Notes: generated from the sequence alone by a model not told the origin. 44,439 nt of DNA from Octopus bimaculoides (GCF_001194135.2 NC_068995.1:10121863-10166301), one strand, 5' to 3'; counted from the first letter of the stretch, positions 1 through 11,944 are shown. Translations and numbers: made by a program.

Positions 1-61
1 ATATATAAACTGTACATCAAATGATATTCATCTCACACTGGATAGAGTATTTGCTTTGTGT

Positions 62-253
62 TTTTTTTTCTTTCCTACTCTAGGCACAGAGCCCGAAATT
101 TTGGGGGGCAAGCGGGGAGATTAGTTCGCCCTCAGTACGCAACTGGTACTTAATTTATTGACTCTGAAAGGATAAAAGGCAAAGTCGACCTCGGCGGAAT
201 TTGAACTCAGAACGTAAAGACCTGCTAACAGTTCTACCAGCTCGCTACCTTAT
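62..253 (-). mobile_element. SINE family A (tRNA-derived, Meta-domain-like centre)
   Basis: Reverse complement of the consensus seen in many window copies: AAGGCGGCGAGCTGGCAGAA...GTTCTGAGTTCAAATTCCGCCGAGGTCGACTTTGCCTTTCATCCTTTCGGGGTCGATAAATTAAGTACCAG...GTGCCTAGAGTAG. The B-box-like GTTCAAATTCC is present. Assignment to MetaSINE is from memory. Confidence 0.85.
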
Positions 254-653
254 TTATTTTATTTTGTTGATTTTTGCCTTACCAGAAAAGAAAACTGTGT
301 GTGTGTGTGTGTGTGTGTTAACATACATATATGTTCTTTTTCTTCTATCTCCATACCTCTCTCCTACTCTTCCCTCTTTCTCCCCCCCTCTCTGTACATG
401 TATATATAGAAAGTGAGAGAGAGAGAGAGAGAGAGATAGGGAGTGACAGAAAAGAGAGAGTTTTGTTAAAATGGAAAGTAGAAAAATATTCCAGGAATCC
501 TGTACATGATTAAATTCCATACACGAAACTTTCGGTCTTGAGTCACTTCTGTAATTTATCATTTTTGTGATTTTGTATAGATAGATAGATAGATAGATAT
601 GTATGTATGTATGTATACCCATCCAAATAACACACGTACATACATACACACAT

Positions 654-700
<47 letters not shown>

Positions 701-1192
701 TACACATATACACACACAAATATGAGGCCATCGTGCGCAAAGGCTTCCAAGTCTAACAAACATTGTTTGAGAATATCAACAATATTTAACAATTCCAGCA
801 CTGCCAATTTTTACTGAACGTGCTTCTATTCATCCTGATAAATAATATCATTGTCTTTATAAAATTGGTTGTTTACGATTTCAGTTGTACCAATTACAGA
901 CAGGATGATGGTCACATTTATTAACTCCCATATTGACCATAATTCAATAAACCATAGAAATTCTTCAGTCTCTCACCTTGCTTCTGCTCCACCATTTCGT
1001 CATTTGCTTCTGCTTGGTCGATAATCGACGCAATATTTTTCAGTTTTATCACGTAATATGATATCGGACTTATGTACTAAATGGTAACCCAACTGTAAGT
1101 TAAAGTTCAATAGCATTGTTGAATTAGAATATAGTGAGAAAGATAGCGAACGTGAATTAAGCGTTAATATGTTGATATGATAAATAAGGCGG

Positions 1193-1840
1193 CGAGTTGG
1201 CAGTGTCGTTAGCTCGCCAGCATTTCGTCTATCTTTACGTTCTGAGTTCAAATTCCGCCGAGGTCGACTTTGTCTTTCATCCTTTCGGGGGCCTATAAAT
1301 TAAGCGCCAGATGCGTACTGGGATCGATCTAATCGACTGGTCCCTTCCCTCAAAATTTCGGGCCTTGTGCCTAGAGTAGAAAAGGAATATTGTTAGAGAA
1401 ATAGAAAACGTGAATTAATTGTTAATATCTTTGATATGTATAGAAGGTAGAGAGTAGGTAGAGTCGTTCGCACGCCAGCATTTCGTCCGTCCTTACGTTC
1501 TGAGTTCAAATTCGACTAGTCCCCTCCCACAAAATTTCAGGCCTTTTACCTTTAGTAGAAAGGAATGTTGAATCAGAATATTCTGAAACAGACAGCGAAT
1601 GTTAATATGTAAGTAAGGGAAGGCAGCGAGTTGGCAGAGACGTCAGCACGCCGGGCGAAATGCTTAGCGGTATTTCGTCTGTCTTTATGTTCTGAGTTCA
1701 AATTCTGCAGAGGTCGACTTTACCTTTCATCCTTTTAGGGTCGATAAATTAAGTACTAGTTGCGTACTGGAGTCAATCTAATCGAATGGCCCGCTCCCCC
1801 CACCCAAAAATTGCTGGCCCTGTATCTAGGGTAGAAAAGA
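1193..1840 (+). mobile_element. Three tandem SINE family A copies (about 1193-1385, 1445-1562, 1620-1840)
   Basis: GTTCTGAGTTCAAATT occurs three times, each copy ending in a CCTAGAGTAGAAAAG-like 3' end. The middle copy is internally deleted. Confidence 0.85.
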
Positions 1841-2639
1841 ATATGCAAATAGTCGAAGTTTAGTTTATAGATTGTTGTGGTTTACCGTATAAAGTATTTG
1901 TGTTGTGTCTGATATATTCTATAAGGAAAGCACGGTAGAGAGGATTGGTCAGGTCCGCAACTTAATAAAGAAGTAATTTTACCTAGTTTTGCTATTCGCC
2001 ACGAGAAATAAACACAAAGATTGACATAGGAATTAATTTATTTCTTATAATATTATCACGACAAGATAATTGATCAGTCACTTTACGCTTTCAGGCTTAA
2101 ACTATTGTACTAATGAGAAACATAGCCAGGTGCATAAGAGTATTACGAAACTTAACAATAATGTACTTGTAATTTGATAATGAGGCATACGTAGAACAAC
2201 TTCACTATGCTATCACCAGGTATATTTACAAGGACTTATCACCACCGTCTTCCACCTCGCATCAGTGTGAGCCTGCAGAGTGGAAGATGGTACTTACTTA
2301 CCCTTGAAGACGCGGGTACTCCTGTATTTGCGATTCTCCATGAGTCGATCTAGTTGTGAGTTTTTTTCCTGTTAACCCACGCCATTCATCTAACATAGCT
2401 TTTATAATATCCCTCTTCGTCTTCGATCAACCCTCATCGACTTTTTTTTTAATTTCAACTTGGAAAGGAAAGTGAGCATGGAAATGGAAGGGCTCCTCCC
2501 AATGAAGTTCCAAAAAACGTACCTTCAACGACTGGCTCAGGATGATGTTAATACCAGTAAGCAGGAGTGCTGATTTTGTAGTGTTAGCATATTTTACAAA
2601 TTAAATACTGTCCTATCCTATCGTGGCAATTTTTGTATT

Positions 2640-3058
2640 CGTTTAGCGTCAGCACAGGACATACATTCGATTTTACCTCTCTTCAAGACTAACACACCAC
2701 ACTTTCTTAGGCCAAACTCCATTCCGGTATCAACACTGAAGGTTTACACCGTTTCAACGAGGGAAGTGATTTGGGCTTCATCTTAACCATAAGGTTTGAG
2801 GTCATCCATGAATAACAAATGGTTGACTTTTAGTTGGCGGCTTTTGAATACATACCCAGCTTTTGCTTTCCTCAGAATCAGTGTTAGTGGTATCAAACAC
2901 AGTACAAAGATCAGTGAGGACAAGCAGTCCCTTTGGAAGATGCCCCTCCGAATTTCTACTGTCCCCAAACCTCTTCCGTATGCTGTCAGGTCCGTCCTCC
3001 AATTCGCCATACTTTTTCTAAACAATCGCCCAACATTCGATACAATGCATTGGTATTG
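2640..3058 (-). mobile_element. R4/Dong-clade non-LTR retrotransposon, reverse transcriptase fragment (degenerate)
   Basis: Translation [34 protein letters not shown]...[44 protein letters not shown] contains the RT motifs GIFQGD-LS and (Y/F)MDD. It has in-frame stops and abuts (ATT)n at 3059-3077. Confidence 0.88.
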
Positions 3059-3141
3059 CATTATTATTATTATTATTAAGGTGGTGGCAAGCCAGATAAA
3101 TGGTGAAGTACGATACTTAATACAATGTACGCAGACTGTGC

Positions 3142-3142
<1 letters not shown>

Positions 3143-3237
<95 letters not shown>

Positions 3238-3320
3238 ACATATATATATATATATACATACATATGTAAAATGTATACATAAATATATATATATGTATGC
3301 ATAAATATGAGTATTTATAT

Positions 3321-3353
<33 letters not shown>

Positions 3354-3391
3354 CATATGTGTGTATGCATNNNNNNNNNNATGTATGTATG

Positions 3392-3427
<36 letters not shown>

Positions 3428-3560
3428 GATATACATATATATATATATTTATACAGATATACACACGTATGTATGTATATGTATATATATATATATACAC
3501 ATATATACATACATGCATACATAAATAGTTACGTACATACTCGCATATTTGTGCATACGC
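3143..3560. repeat. (TA)n and (TACA)n compound microsatellite with a 10-N gap at 3371-3380
   Basis: Seen directly in the sequence. Confidence 0.95.
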
Positions 3561-3992
3561 AGATGTATCTATACATATTGAATATACATGTATGCGCGTG
3601 CCAGTGTCTGCATATACGTGAGTGGATTTGTGTTGATATTGAATAACAGCAGTAATGAATAACAACTTGTACACCACAGTACCATAAAGATAGGTAAACA
3701 TGTCACAAATAAACAAGATTTTAGACATCACACAATAATTTTGAATGACTTTTAATTAACTGAGAGAAATAATAGGACGCGAAAATGGAAACTATGGGAA
3801 CAAGACGGTACCAAACCATATTAAACAGAAATAGTTATATTAGTATGGAATATGAAAATGTGACTTGATGGTTACCAAAAAGTAATATATGATTTTAAAT
3901 GCACACGTATGTACATAATCATATATATGAGAATGTGTGTATGTATATGTGTGTGTGTGTGCATATATGCATACATATATGTATGTGTTGCA

Positions 3993-3997
<5 letters not shown>

Positions 3998-4080
<83 letters not shown>
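3998..4080. repeat. (TA)n microsatellite
   Basis: Seen directly in the sequence. Confidence 0.95.
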
Positions 4081-4083
<3 letters not shown>

Positions 4084-4283
4084 GTAGCTAATGTTGATTT
4101 GACTGAGACTTCAAGCTTCGCCTTTTGCGTTTTGCTTAGACATTGTGTAGCAAATTCAGTAAATCTTTTGATTCTACTACTTCATCGAAGATACCAAATA
4201 ATAATAATAATAATAATAATGATAATAATAATAATGATAATAATAATAATGATAACAACAACAACAACAATAATAATGATAAT

Positions 4284-4842
4284 CAAGGACATGCATCACA
4301 CCAGACAGTGGCTCGCATGGCTTCTCATCTTTACTGATTGGAAGTGTTATGTTGTACATTATTTTGTCTTGGTATAAAAAAATGGGCTACAGCAAATATT
4401 CTGCTTAATACCACAATTTTGCTTGTCAGTTGTTTGACCTTAACCAGTTGAGCATGTCCCTTGGAGGATGACGATATGTGCATCTCTGATCATGAGCAGA
4501 AGTAGTGGGGGAGCATCATAGCCATGTGTTGAGAGGAATTCTTTGGGGTTTGAATAACTCACCTTTGGAAACATGGCTGTTTCGTTCAACATCCTTAAAC
4601 AACGCTTATTCAGGGACATCTTGAGCGGGATGGGCTACTTGACCTGAAGAAAATTCTAACTGGGCCTCACCTGCAAGGTCATTCGCAGTTTATCTTGATA
4701 TGAGATCACCATGTCTTGCACATATGGTTGTGATGCATGTGCCTAGTGTACTCTTATTAGACAGGCAGTCACGATGGGTATACTGAGCTTCGTGTATTTT
4801 ACCCCAGTGTCACTTTGATGGCATGCGCTGCTCTCTCAGTCA
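4284..4842 (+). mobile_element. Non-coding interspersed element of about 560 bp, flanked on both sides by (AAT)n
   Basis: Lies between (AAT/GAT/AAC)n at 4198-4283 and (AAT)n at 4843-4857. Its 3' half is clearly homologous to 32505-32780 (CAGGGAC..TTGAGC..GATGGGCT..TCGACCTGAAG..AAATTCTAACTGGG...GTCACTTTGATGGC.TGC.CTGCTCTCTC). Confidence 0.75.
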
Positions 4843-4861
4843 ATAATAATAATAATAAGCA

Positions 4862-5064
4862 TTTCTACGATAGGCACAAGTCCTGAAACTTGGGGGAGGG
4901 GATAATGGATTACATCGACCCCAGTACGTAGCTGGTACTTAATTTATCGACCCCGAAAGGGAAAGTCAACATCGAGTGGAATTTGAACTCAGGATGTAGC
5001 GGCAGACGAAATACCGCTAAGCATTTCTCCCGGCGTGCTAACGTTTCTGCCAGCTCGCCGCCCT

Positions 5065-5065
<1 letters not shown>
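4862..5065 (-). mobile_element. SINE family A
   Basis: GGTACTTAATTTATCGACCCCGAAAGG...GGAATTTGAACTCAG...CCGGCGTGCTAACGTTTCTGCCAGCTCGCCGCC. Confidence 0.88.
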
Positions 5066-5111
<46 letters not shown>

Positions 5112-5178
5112 GTGCATGCATATGTGCATATATGCATAAAAATACATACACATATATGTATAAATTTGCTTATATATG

Positions 5179-5216
<38 letters not shown>

Positions 5217-5405
5217 AATACACACTCAAATGCACACACATACACACGCATATATATAGCAATTTTGCAGTATCCCAGCAGGCTTGGCAATGTTGCCGAT
5301 TGAGCCACCTCCTTAGCTTTCTAGGTGACCCCATAAATCGCTTACAGACTGACCATGCGACAAGTAGAAACGGATCGTGTGTGTTTATGTGTGCGTATAA
5401 ATGTT

Positions 5406-5447
<42 letters not shown>

Positions 5448-5750
5448 CGGATGTATAGTGTATTACATTGTAAGAGTTCATAGACGAATAAAGAAGAACT
5501 GGTTTCCATAAATACAATGGAACATGGCTTATATATTTTGTATTCAATTTTACAAGACAAAATTCCTGAACTGATTCTTTTAATAGTTTTGACGGTGATA
5601 CACAAACTTGCAATGGAAGAATTAAATTAAAGCAATATGACATAATTAATACATTAATAGAATAAGAATAGTTAGTACAGTTGACAGAATGGGCGGAGTA
5701 TTCAGTCATTCGACGCAATACCTTTTGAATATCAGAGCCAATATCTTTAC

Positions 5751-6125
5751 CAATTTACGCGAAACTTGTCTTATTCCGTTTGTATTCCTATTCATAGATA
5801 CCTTATTTTCAAAGTATTTTCCCATTATGCGCTGGTTTGGCTGTATTAAATGACAGACAATCACGTACGCAAGCAAGCAAGCAAGCAAGCTCGCATGCAA
5901 AACTATACAGGTGTTCATAGTAAAGGGCAATAACCCCAGGTTTCGCTGCTGCTTCAATTTGTGGGAACAAACCCCAAGAACCCGCCTATCTCAGGAATCC
6001 GTGGTCCGATTTACCCGAAACTTGTTTTATGCTGTTTGTATTCACATGTCAGGGGTTTCTTACTTTCAGAGTAATTTCCCTTTATGCGCTGATGTGGCTG
6101 AATTAAATTACAGACAAGCACGGAA
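5751..6125 (+). repeat. Diverged direct repeat pair of about 118 bp (5751-5868 and 6006-6125)
   Basis: Shared colinear blocks ATTTAC.CGAAACTTGT.TTAT, GTTTGTATTC, AGTA.TTTCCC.TTATGCGCTG, GGCTG.ATTAAAT.ACAGACAA.CACG. Confidence 0.75.
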
Positions 6126-7193
6126 ACAAGGAATCACAGACGTTTAGCGTTACATAGATAATCGAAAATTGGAGTGAAATATAAAGACAAATGAAGCGTT
6201 AATAATGTTTTGAAAAGTATCATGGTAAATAATAATTTGAAAAGAAGAATCAAAGCAAGCAACAACTAAAAAAAAAAAATGAAAATACATGAAACTTACT
6301 TTGAAATACTCCATAGTAGGTTCTGATCAAAGTACTGTTTGAAATTATTGAAGGTCCGAGCTTAAAAACTCTTCACAAATTTCATATTTGTTTATGTTTT
6401 ATGTTGTATTTATAAGGAATTTTTGTCTATGCATACGAATGTCTATTGTAGTGTTTATTCAATGTAAGTATTTACGTGTCATTATAATGTTTGTACATGT
6501 TTGGTTGTACGACTTCAAACTTCCACGTATAAACACATTACATTATATGCACAAACCCACGCCTGGTTATAGTAATAAGAAGGCGTCGTCATTTTTTACA
6601 AACAGTATTTGTTTTTAATTTTTCAATCTGATTCTAGTTCACGCAGGTCGTCACCTATGATCTCACCAATTCTTGTGAGTATCCTTTGAACAACATTTAA
6701 CCTTGAGCAAATTTCATTTCTGAATCGCGTGAGATCGTCGTGGCTTCGTCCAGTTGGCTTTTGGCGCCATAGATATTGTTTCTAGTGAAGTTTAAGACGC
6801 AATACAAAGCATCTAAAATTATGTCTTTTTGCTCAGAGACAAAAGAAATGCTTTCAGCATTCTACTGACCTAATTTATACAATAACGGAACGAAGATATA
6901 ATTTCTCTACACTTCTAATGAATAAACAGACTATATTGTTTTAGCGTGTTCCGGCAACTAGTACAAAAATAAAAGAACATTCTCTTTCCAATTATAATTT
7001 ATTCGTAACCTACTAATTAGTTGGACAAAATTACAGAAGCTGACAATATGTTAATTAAGGAGTTTCTTTTGAATATCAAAAGTTAACTACAAGGAGCTAT
7101 AAAGCAAGGCTGTTCTGTATTTCACAAAGCCTTGTAAATATACTGCTTTTCAAGTACACTAAAATAAAAATATGAAATATGAGGTCAATACAA

Positions 7194-7315
<122 letters not shown>

Positions 7316-7499
7316 TTTTCATGCATGTATGTGTATGAGTGTGTGTACTTATGTATGTCTATAAATATGTACATATGTATACGTTTGTGTGTGTTTGTGT
7401 GTGTGTGTATGTATGTGTGTATGGGGGTGTAATTATATATGTCTATAAATATATGAAGAATGATTCAAAAGGATTTTAGCCTTTTGATATTATACAGCT

Positions 7500-7715
7500 T
7501 ACAGAATCGTTACCGCGTCGGACTAAGTGCTTAACGGCATTTCTTCCAATCTTACGTTCTAAGTTCGTATATCATCGAGGTCGACTTTGCTTTTATCCTT
7601 TCGGGGTTGATAAAATAAATACCAGGTGAATACTGAGGTTCATCTAATCGACTTACACCCTCCTCCGACCCCGCTCCAGAAATTGCTGACCTTCAGCCAA
7701 AATATACTGAAACAA
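7500..7715 (+). mobile_element. SINE family A (diverged)
   Basis: GAGGTCGACTTTGCTTTTATCCTTTCGGGGTTGATAAAATAAATACCAG core. Confidence 0.8.
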
Positions 7716-7774
7716 GTAGTATACAGAATATAAATGCTAAATGGCCCACTGAATCAGCCCGTATATGTATGTAT

Positions 7775-7885
7775 TTTTGAAAATATTGTATAGGCCTCTC
7801 AGCAGGAATCGTCAAGATTTTGGCAAAATTTGATGCAGATTCTCGGCTCAGTTTTCTTCGCCATGGTCAGTGCGACGGTCACATG
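7775..7885 (-). mobile_element. Mariner transposase N-terminal relic
   Basis: ATG at 7864 gives MAKKTEPRICIKFCQNLDDSC*EAYTIFSK, matching the mariner N-terminal pattern M..K.EQR.CIKFC..LG. Confidence 0.75.
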
Positions 7886-7945
7886 TTACACACTAATCCG
7901 AAACCATGTGGTTTGGAAGCAAACTTCTTACCACAAAGCCACGCA
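7886..7945 (-). mobile_element. CORE-type SINE (family B), 5' tRNA-like head fragment
   Basis: AACCATGTGGTTTGGAAGCAAACTTCTTACCACAAAGCCACGC is the reverse complement of the family B head at 11630. Confidence 0.7.
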
Positions 7946-8444
7946 AGTGTACATGTGTGTATGTGAATGTGCGCGTGTGTGTGTATTTGTGCGTATGTAT
8001 GTGTGTATGTGCGCGTGCGCACGCGCGTGGTATTCCCAATATACTCTACGATATTAGAATGCATGAGAATGATTCTGTGTCAGTGACTTCGAAGTACTAT
8101 TCCAGGGATTTAACTTGAAAGAGAATGCATTGAAGACACTGGTCTATTGTCCTTGTACAATTTTTTTCCCACAACTAATCGAAAACTTTGTTAAAGCTTG
8201 GATTTCCAAAGACTGTAGAGTTTACCTTCTCCAATGGCAATTTCCTAAATGGCGTCTAAACTTAACTTTGTTCTACTCGCATAACAAGCCAAGTGAAATT
8301 GTCAGCACATTTAACTTAACCTCCTTGCATCACCACGAAAACCTTTCTAGAGCAAACTTCAATCCTAAAATTGCGTATATCGAATAACCAACTAATTCTA
8401 TTAACAACAGTTAACAACAGCAACAACAACAACAGCAGCAGCAA

Positions 8445-8691
8445 CTGGATAGGAGATAGGAAGAAACTGTGGAAGACTAAGACGACAATTACTCATTTGT
8501 TAATTGGTGTACTTGGCACAACATCCAAACTGCTAATTAAGAAGCTGGAGGATATTGGCATTGAGACTCGAATTGTCGGCCCGCAGAAAAGTTCAATTTT
8601 GCATTCTGCGCAGATCCGAAAAACTATTCTTACGATTAAATAGAATTGTCACCACATCCCTTCTAATAACTAATATAACATATAACAGACT
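8445..8691 (+). mobile_element. R4/Dong-clade 3' end (C-terminus of the restriction-like endonuclease plus 3' UTR)
   Basis: KKLWKTKTTITHLLIGVLGTTSKLLIKKLEDIGIETRIVGPQKSSILHSAQIRKTILTIK* parallels the C-terminus at 33001-33231. (AAC/AGC)n lies upstream and (AAT)n downstream. Confidence 0.75.
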
Positions 8692-8714
8692 TAATAATAA
8701 TAATAATAATAATT

Positions 8715-8845
8715 TCAAATTTTGCCACAAGGGTAGCAATTTGTCGGGAGGAGATGAGTCGATTGGATCGACCCTAGTGTTCAACTGGTACTTAATTTAT
8801 CGACCCGAAAGGATGAAAGGCAAAGTTTGCCAGTTCGCCGCCTGA
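8715..8845 (-). mobile_element. SINE family A (internally deleted)
   Basis: CAACTGGTACTTAATTTATCGACCCGAAAGGATGAAAGGCAAAG joined directly to TGCCAGTTCGCCGCC. Confidence 0.8.
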
Positions 8846-9554
8846 ATAATAATAATTACAATAATCATAATAATAATTACAATAATCATAATAATAATAA
8901 TAATAATAATAATATTAAAGGGAATATAATCTGGCTCAGTCTTACCTTACATGTAGCACTTCCTACATTTAAAAATACTTCCTACACCTTTAACTAGAAT
9001 TATTAAAATCTCTTCTTACTCTACAGCTCAGAATGTTATTCAGCTTCTAACACCAAGTCTCTCTAAAAGAAATTACAGAAACGTCAAACTAAGAAATTTT
9101 AAACAGATCAAACCCATTTTTTCGCATTGACCTCAGCTCCAATCCTTTTAAATACTGCTAAAATCAGCATAGACACACATTCTGAAACCTTCCTTGAAAT
9201 AACAGGTCTTCGCTCCCTACTACATTTTGGGATTAAAGACTAAGATTAAACACTAAAACGATCATCTGGATCAGAATCATACGCAAAAAAAAACAAAACA
9301 CATCGAAAATCTTAGAATTCAGTTCTGTCAAAGCTTCAGGCCTAAGCAATCATATTTTCATTTTGCCAACACAAAATATTTAAGACATTTAGACCTTCCA
9401 TATAACTTCCAGCTAATATAACTCCGTAAGTCTTAATAACAAAATCCATGGATGACTCCTAATACAAATACACACGTAGAATATTATACTTCATTTCACT
9501 CTACACACATGTTGTTGGTGATTAATTTTCCATCTTTGGATATTTCCCTTTCTC

Positions 9555-9590
9555 TTTTCCGACGAAGAGATATGCTCGAAACGTCAGAAA
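9555..9590 (+). ncRNA. Degenerate minimal hammerhead ribozyme motif (Penelope-like terminal repeat)
   Basis: CCGACGA-A-GAG atatg CTC-GAAA-C-GTC-AGAAA. Helix II is GAG/CTC. The core has U4>C (CCGA instead of CUGA). Confidence 0.5.
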
Positions 9591-10377
9591 CTCTTTCTTT
9601 TTGCTGAGCATCAAAATACATTCCTAGCACACGACATCTTGTTGTCTGTTATTGCTAATTTTATTGTTCTTTTATATGAATCGATGATTATATATATATA
9701 TGTATGGATATATCTGTTACATATAAATAAATATATTTATTTGTAACATCCACTCTTTAAACCGTTCACCTATACGTACAGCGAACCCCACTTTACATCC
9801 TGACGTCAGCTGACACTCCACGTGCATCTACCATTCATTTACGAATAGAATTTTCGTGTACTTAGTTAATCTTGTTATTTTCCTTCTCTGACATCGAAAT
9901 CATTATGCTATCTGAACTCCCAGCGTTTTAAATTTAGTCTTATTATTCGCATTGGGACTCTTATATTTAGTTATAGTTTAGTCTTTATCTTCAGTATAAA
10001 GCCTTATATTTCTTTAATATTTCACGTATTTTTAAATGTGTAATCCTCGTATTTGTCAAATCCCATTAACATTATATACCTACATCCCTTCGCTTGGAAT
10101 GGTTTCTCTTAGTATTTGTATATGAATACAGATGTAGACTGCGAGAGCAACCTGTACTTTTATGTACGCATACCTGTATTTTTATGTATGTCTATATATA
10201 TATATATGCGTATGTGTGTGTGTGTATGTACGCATGTATGAACATATGTACGCATATAAGAGGGAATATACACGAACATGCTTACAAAGTATATTCATAC
10301 TTACAAGTATATACGTTATGTAAAACACATATAGATGTAGGTGTATTTGCTTCTCTCTCCGTCTACCTCCCCCTCAC

Positions 10378-10426
<49 letters not shown>

Positions 10427-10692
10427 AATCCATACAAATTGACATATTAATACCTATATAGACATGCCGATACACATATATAAGCATATACATGCAAATA
10501 CACACATCACACATACATGCATGTATANNNNNNNNNNNNNNNNNNNNNNNNNNNNNNNNNNNNNNNNNNNNNNNNNNNNNNNNNNNNNNNNNNNNNNNNN
10601 NNNNNNNNNNNNNNNNNNNNNNNNNNNNNNNNNNNNNNNNNNNNNNNNNNNNNNNNNNNNNNNNNNNNNNNNNNNNNNNNNNNNNNNNNNNN

Positions 10693-10724
<32 letters not shown>

Positions 10725-11629
10725 TGAAACACACACACACGCACATATATAGTATACGTTTGCCTATGTTCTTGTCTACGTCCTTGTTTTGTAGATTTTG
10801 GCAATGATGCAAAAACTAGGCCTTACCCTAACAGAGATATTTTTTCCTCGTACGTTTACAAGGTTTTTAACGGTACCTGCCATACACTTATTTTAATTCA
10901 ATTATATCTATTTATTTATGTAACGAACTGTTACCATCTTCTGACACATGTGCACTAAATATTTACAGTCAGGTATTTACATTTAGGTATCAACAATTAT
11001 CTATCTTTTATCTTGTATCTTTTACTCATTTCACATACATAGATACCGACGCCCCACCGCAAAAAAATATACATACACATGTTTTTGATCACAATACTGC
11101 GATCGGAAGCATACATGGCATGCTAGATTACCTATTTTGTTTTCATCTCCAGCATTAATTCCACAGTTACCGGCGTTGTTAAACAACATGTTATTCTTTT
11201 TAGCAGACTTGGTGAAGAAACCTTCGATTCAATATCTTAACGGTATTTGTTTCAAACTTTTAATTCACATTCCTGTGTAGCACAGAAGAAATAACATGTC
11301 TGTCTGGACATGACGATATCAACAACATCGAGGAAGAAGCCAAGTAAAAATTTACATCGCATAAATTAAACTACGTCTTATTACTTAAAGAAAGAATCGA
11401 TATTACTGAGTTGTCATAAGAGTCGTTCGTCTCTTGCCAATGTTATTTAAGTGAAGAACTGTACGGAAATAAGAGTAGTTTTCACGCTTCAACGAGCAGT
11501 AATTCGACTTCACAGACTGTTCATGTTCCGAACCGATCTCTTCAGGATCGATCTCAACGAGCTCATCCTCCAGGATCCGCATCAATCCTCCAGACTTGGC
11601 CCAGAAGATGACATACCCTTCGGAGGAAG

Positions 11630-11797
11630 ACGCAGGAGTTGCTGTGTGGTAAGTGGCTTGCTTACCAACGACATGGTCCCGGGTTCAGTCCCACTGCGTG
11701 GCACCTTGGGCAAGTGTCTTCTACTATAGCCTCGGGCCGACCAAAGCCTTGTGAGTGGATTTGGTAGACGGAAACTGGAAGAAGCCCGTCGTATATG

Positions 11798-11883
<86 letters not shown>

Positions 11884-11940
11884 TGTTTGTCCCCCCAGCA
11901 TCGCTGGTGTGTTTATGTCCCTGTAATTTAACGGTTCGAC
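11630..11940 (+). mobile_element. CORE-type SINE (family B) with an internal (TG)n tract
   Basis: tRNA-like head GCTGTGTGGTAAG...GGTTCAGTCCCACTG, followed by the CORE-like GGCACCTTGGGCAAGTGTCTTCTACTATAG (compare MIR GACCTTGGGCAAGT). Confidence 0.85.
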
Positions 11941-11944
11941 AACT

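Noticed and set aside
1100-1840. CRISPR-like repeat-spacer pattern
   Set aside because: Eukaryotic context; the repeats are long, diverged SINEs, the spacers are related to each other, and no cas genes are present.
7794-7865. 72-nt plus-strand exon with two open frames
   Set aside because: It is the antisense of a mariner N-terminus (RICIKFCQNL).
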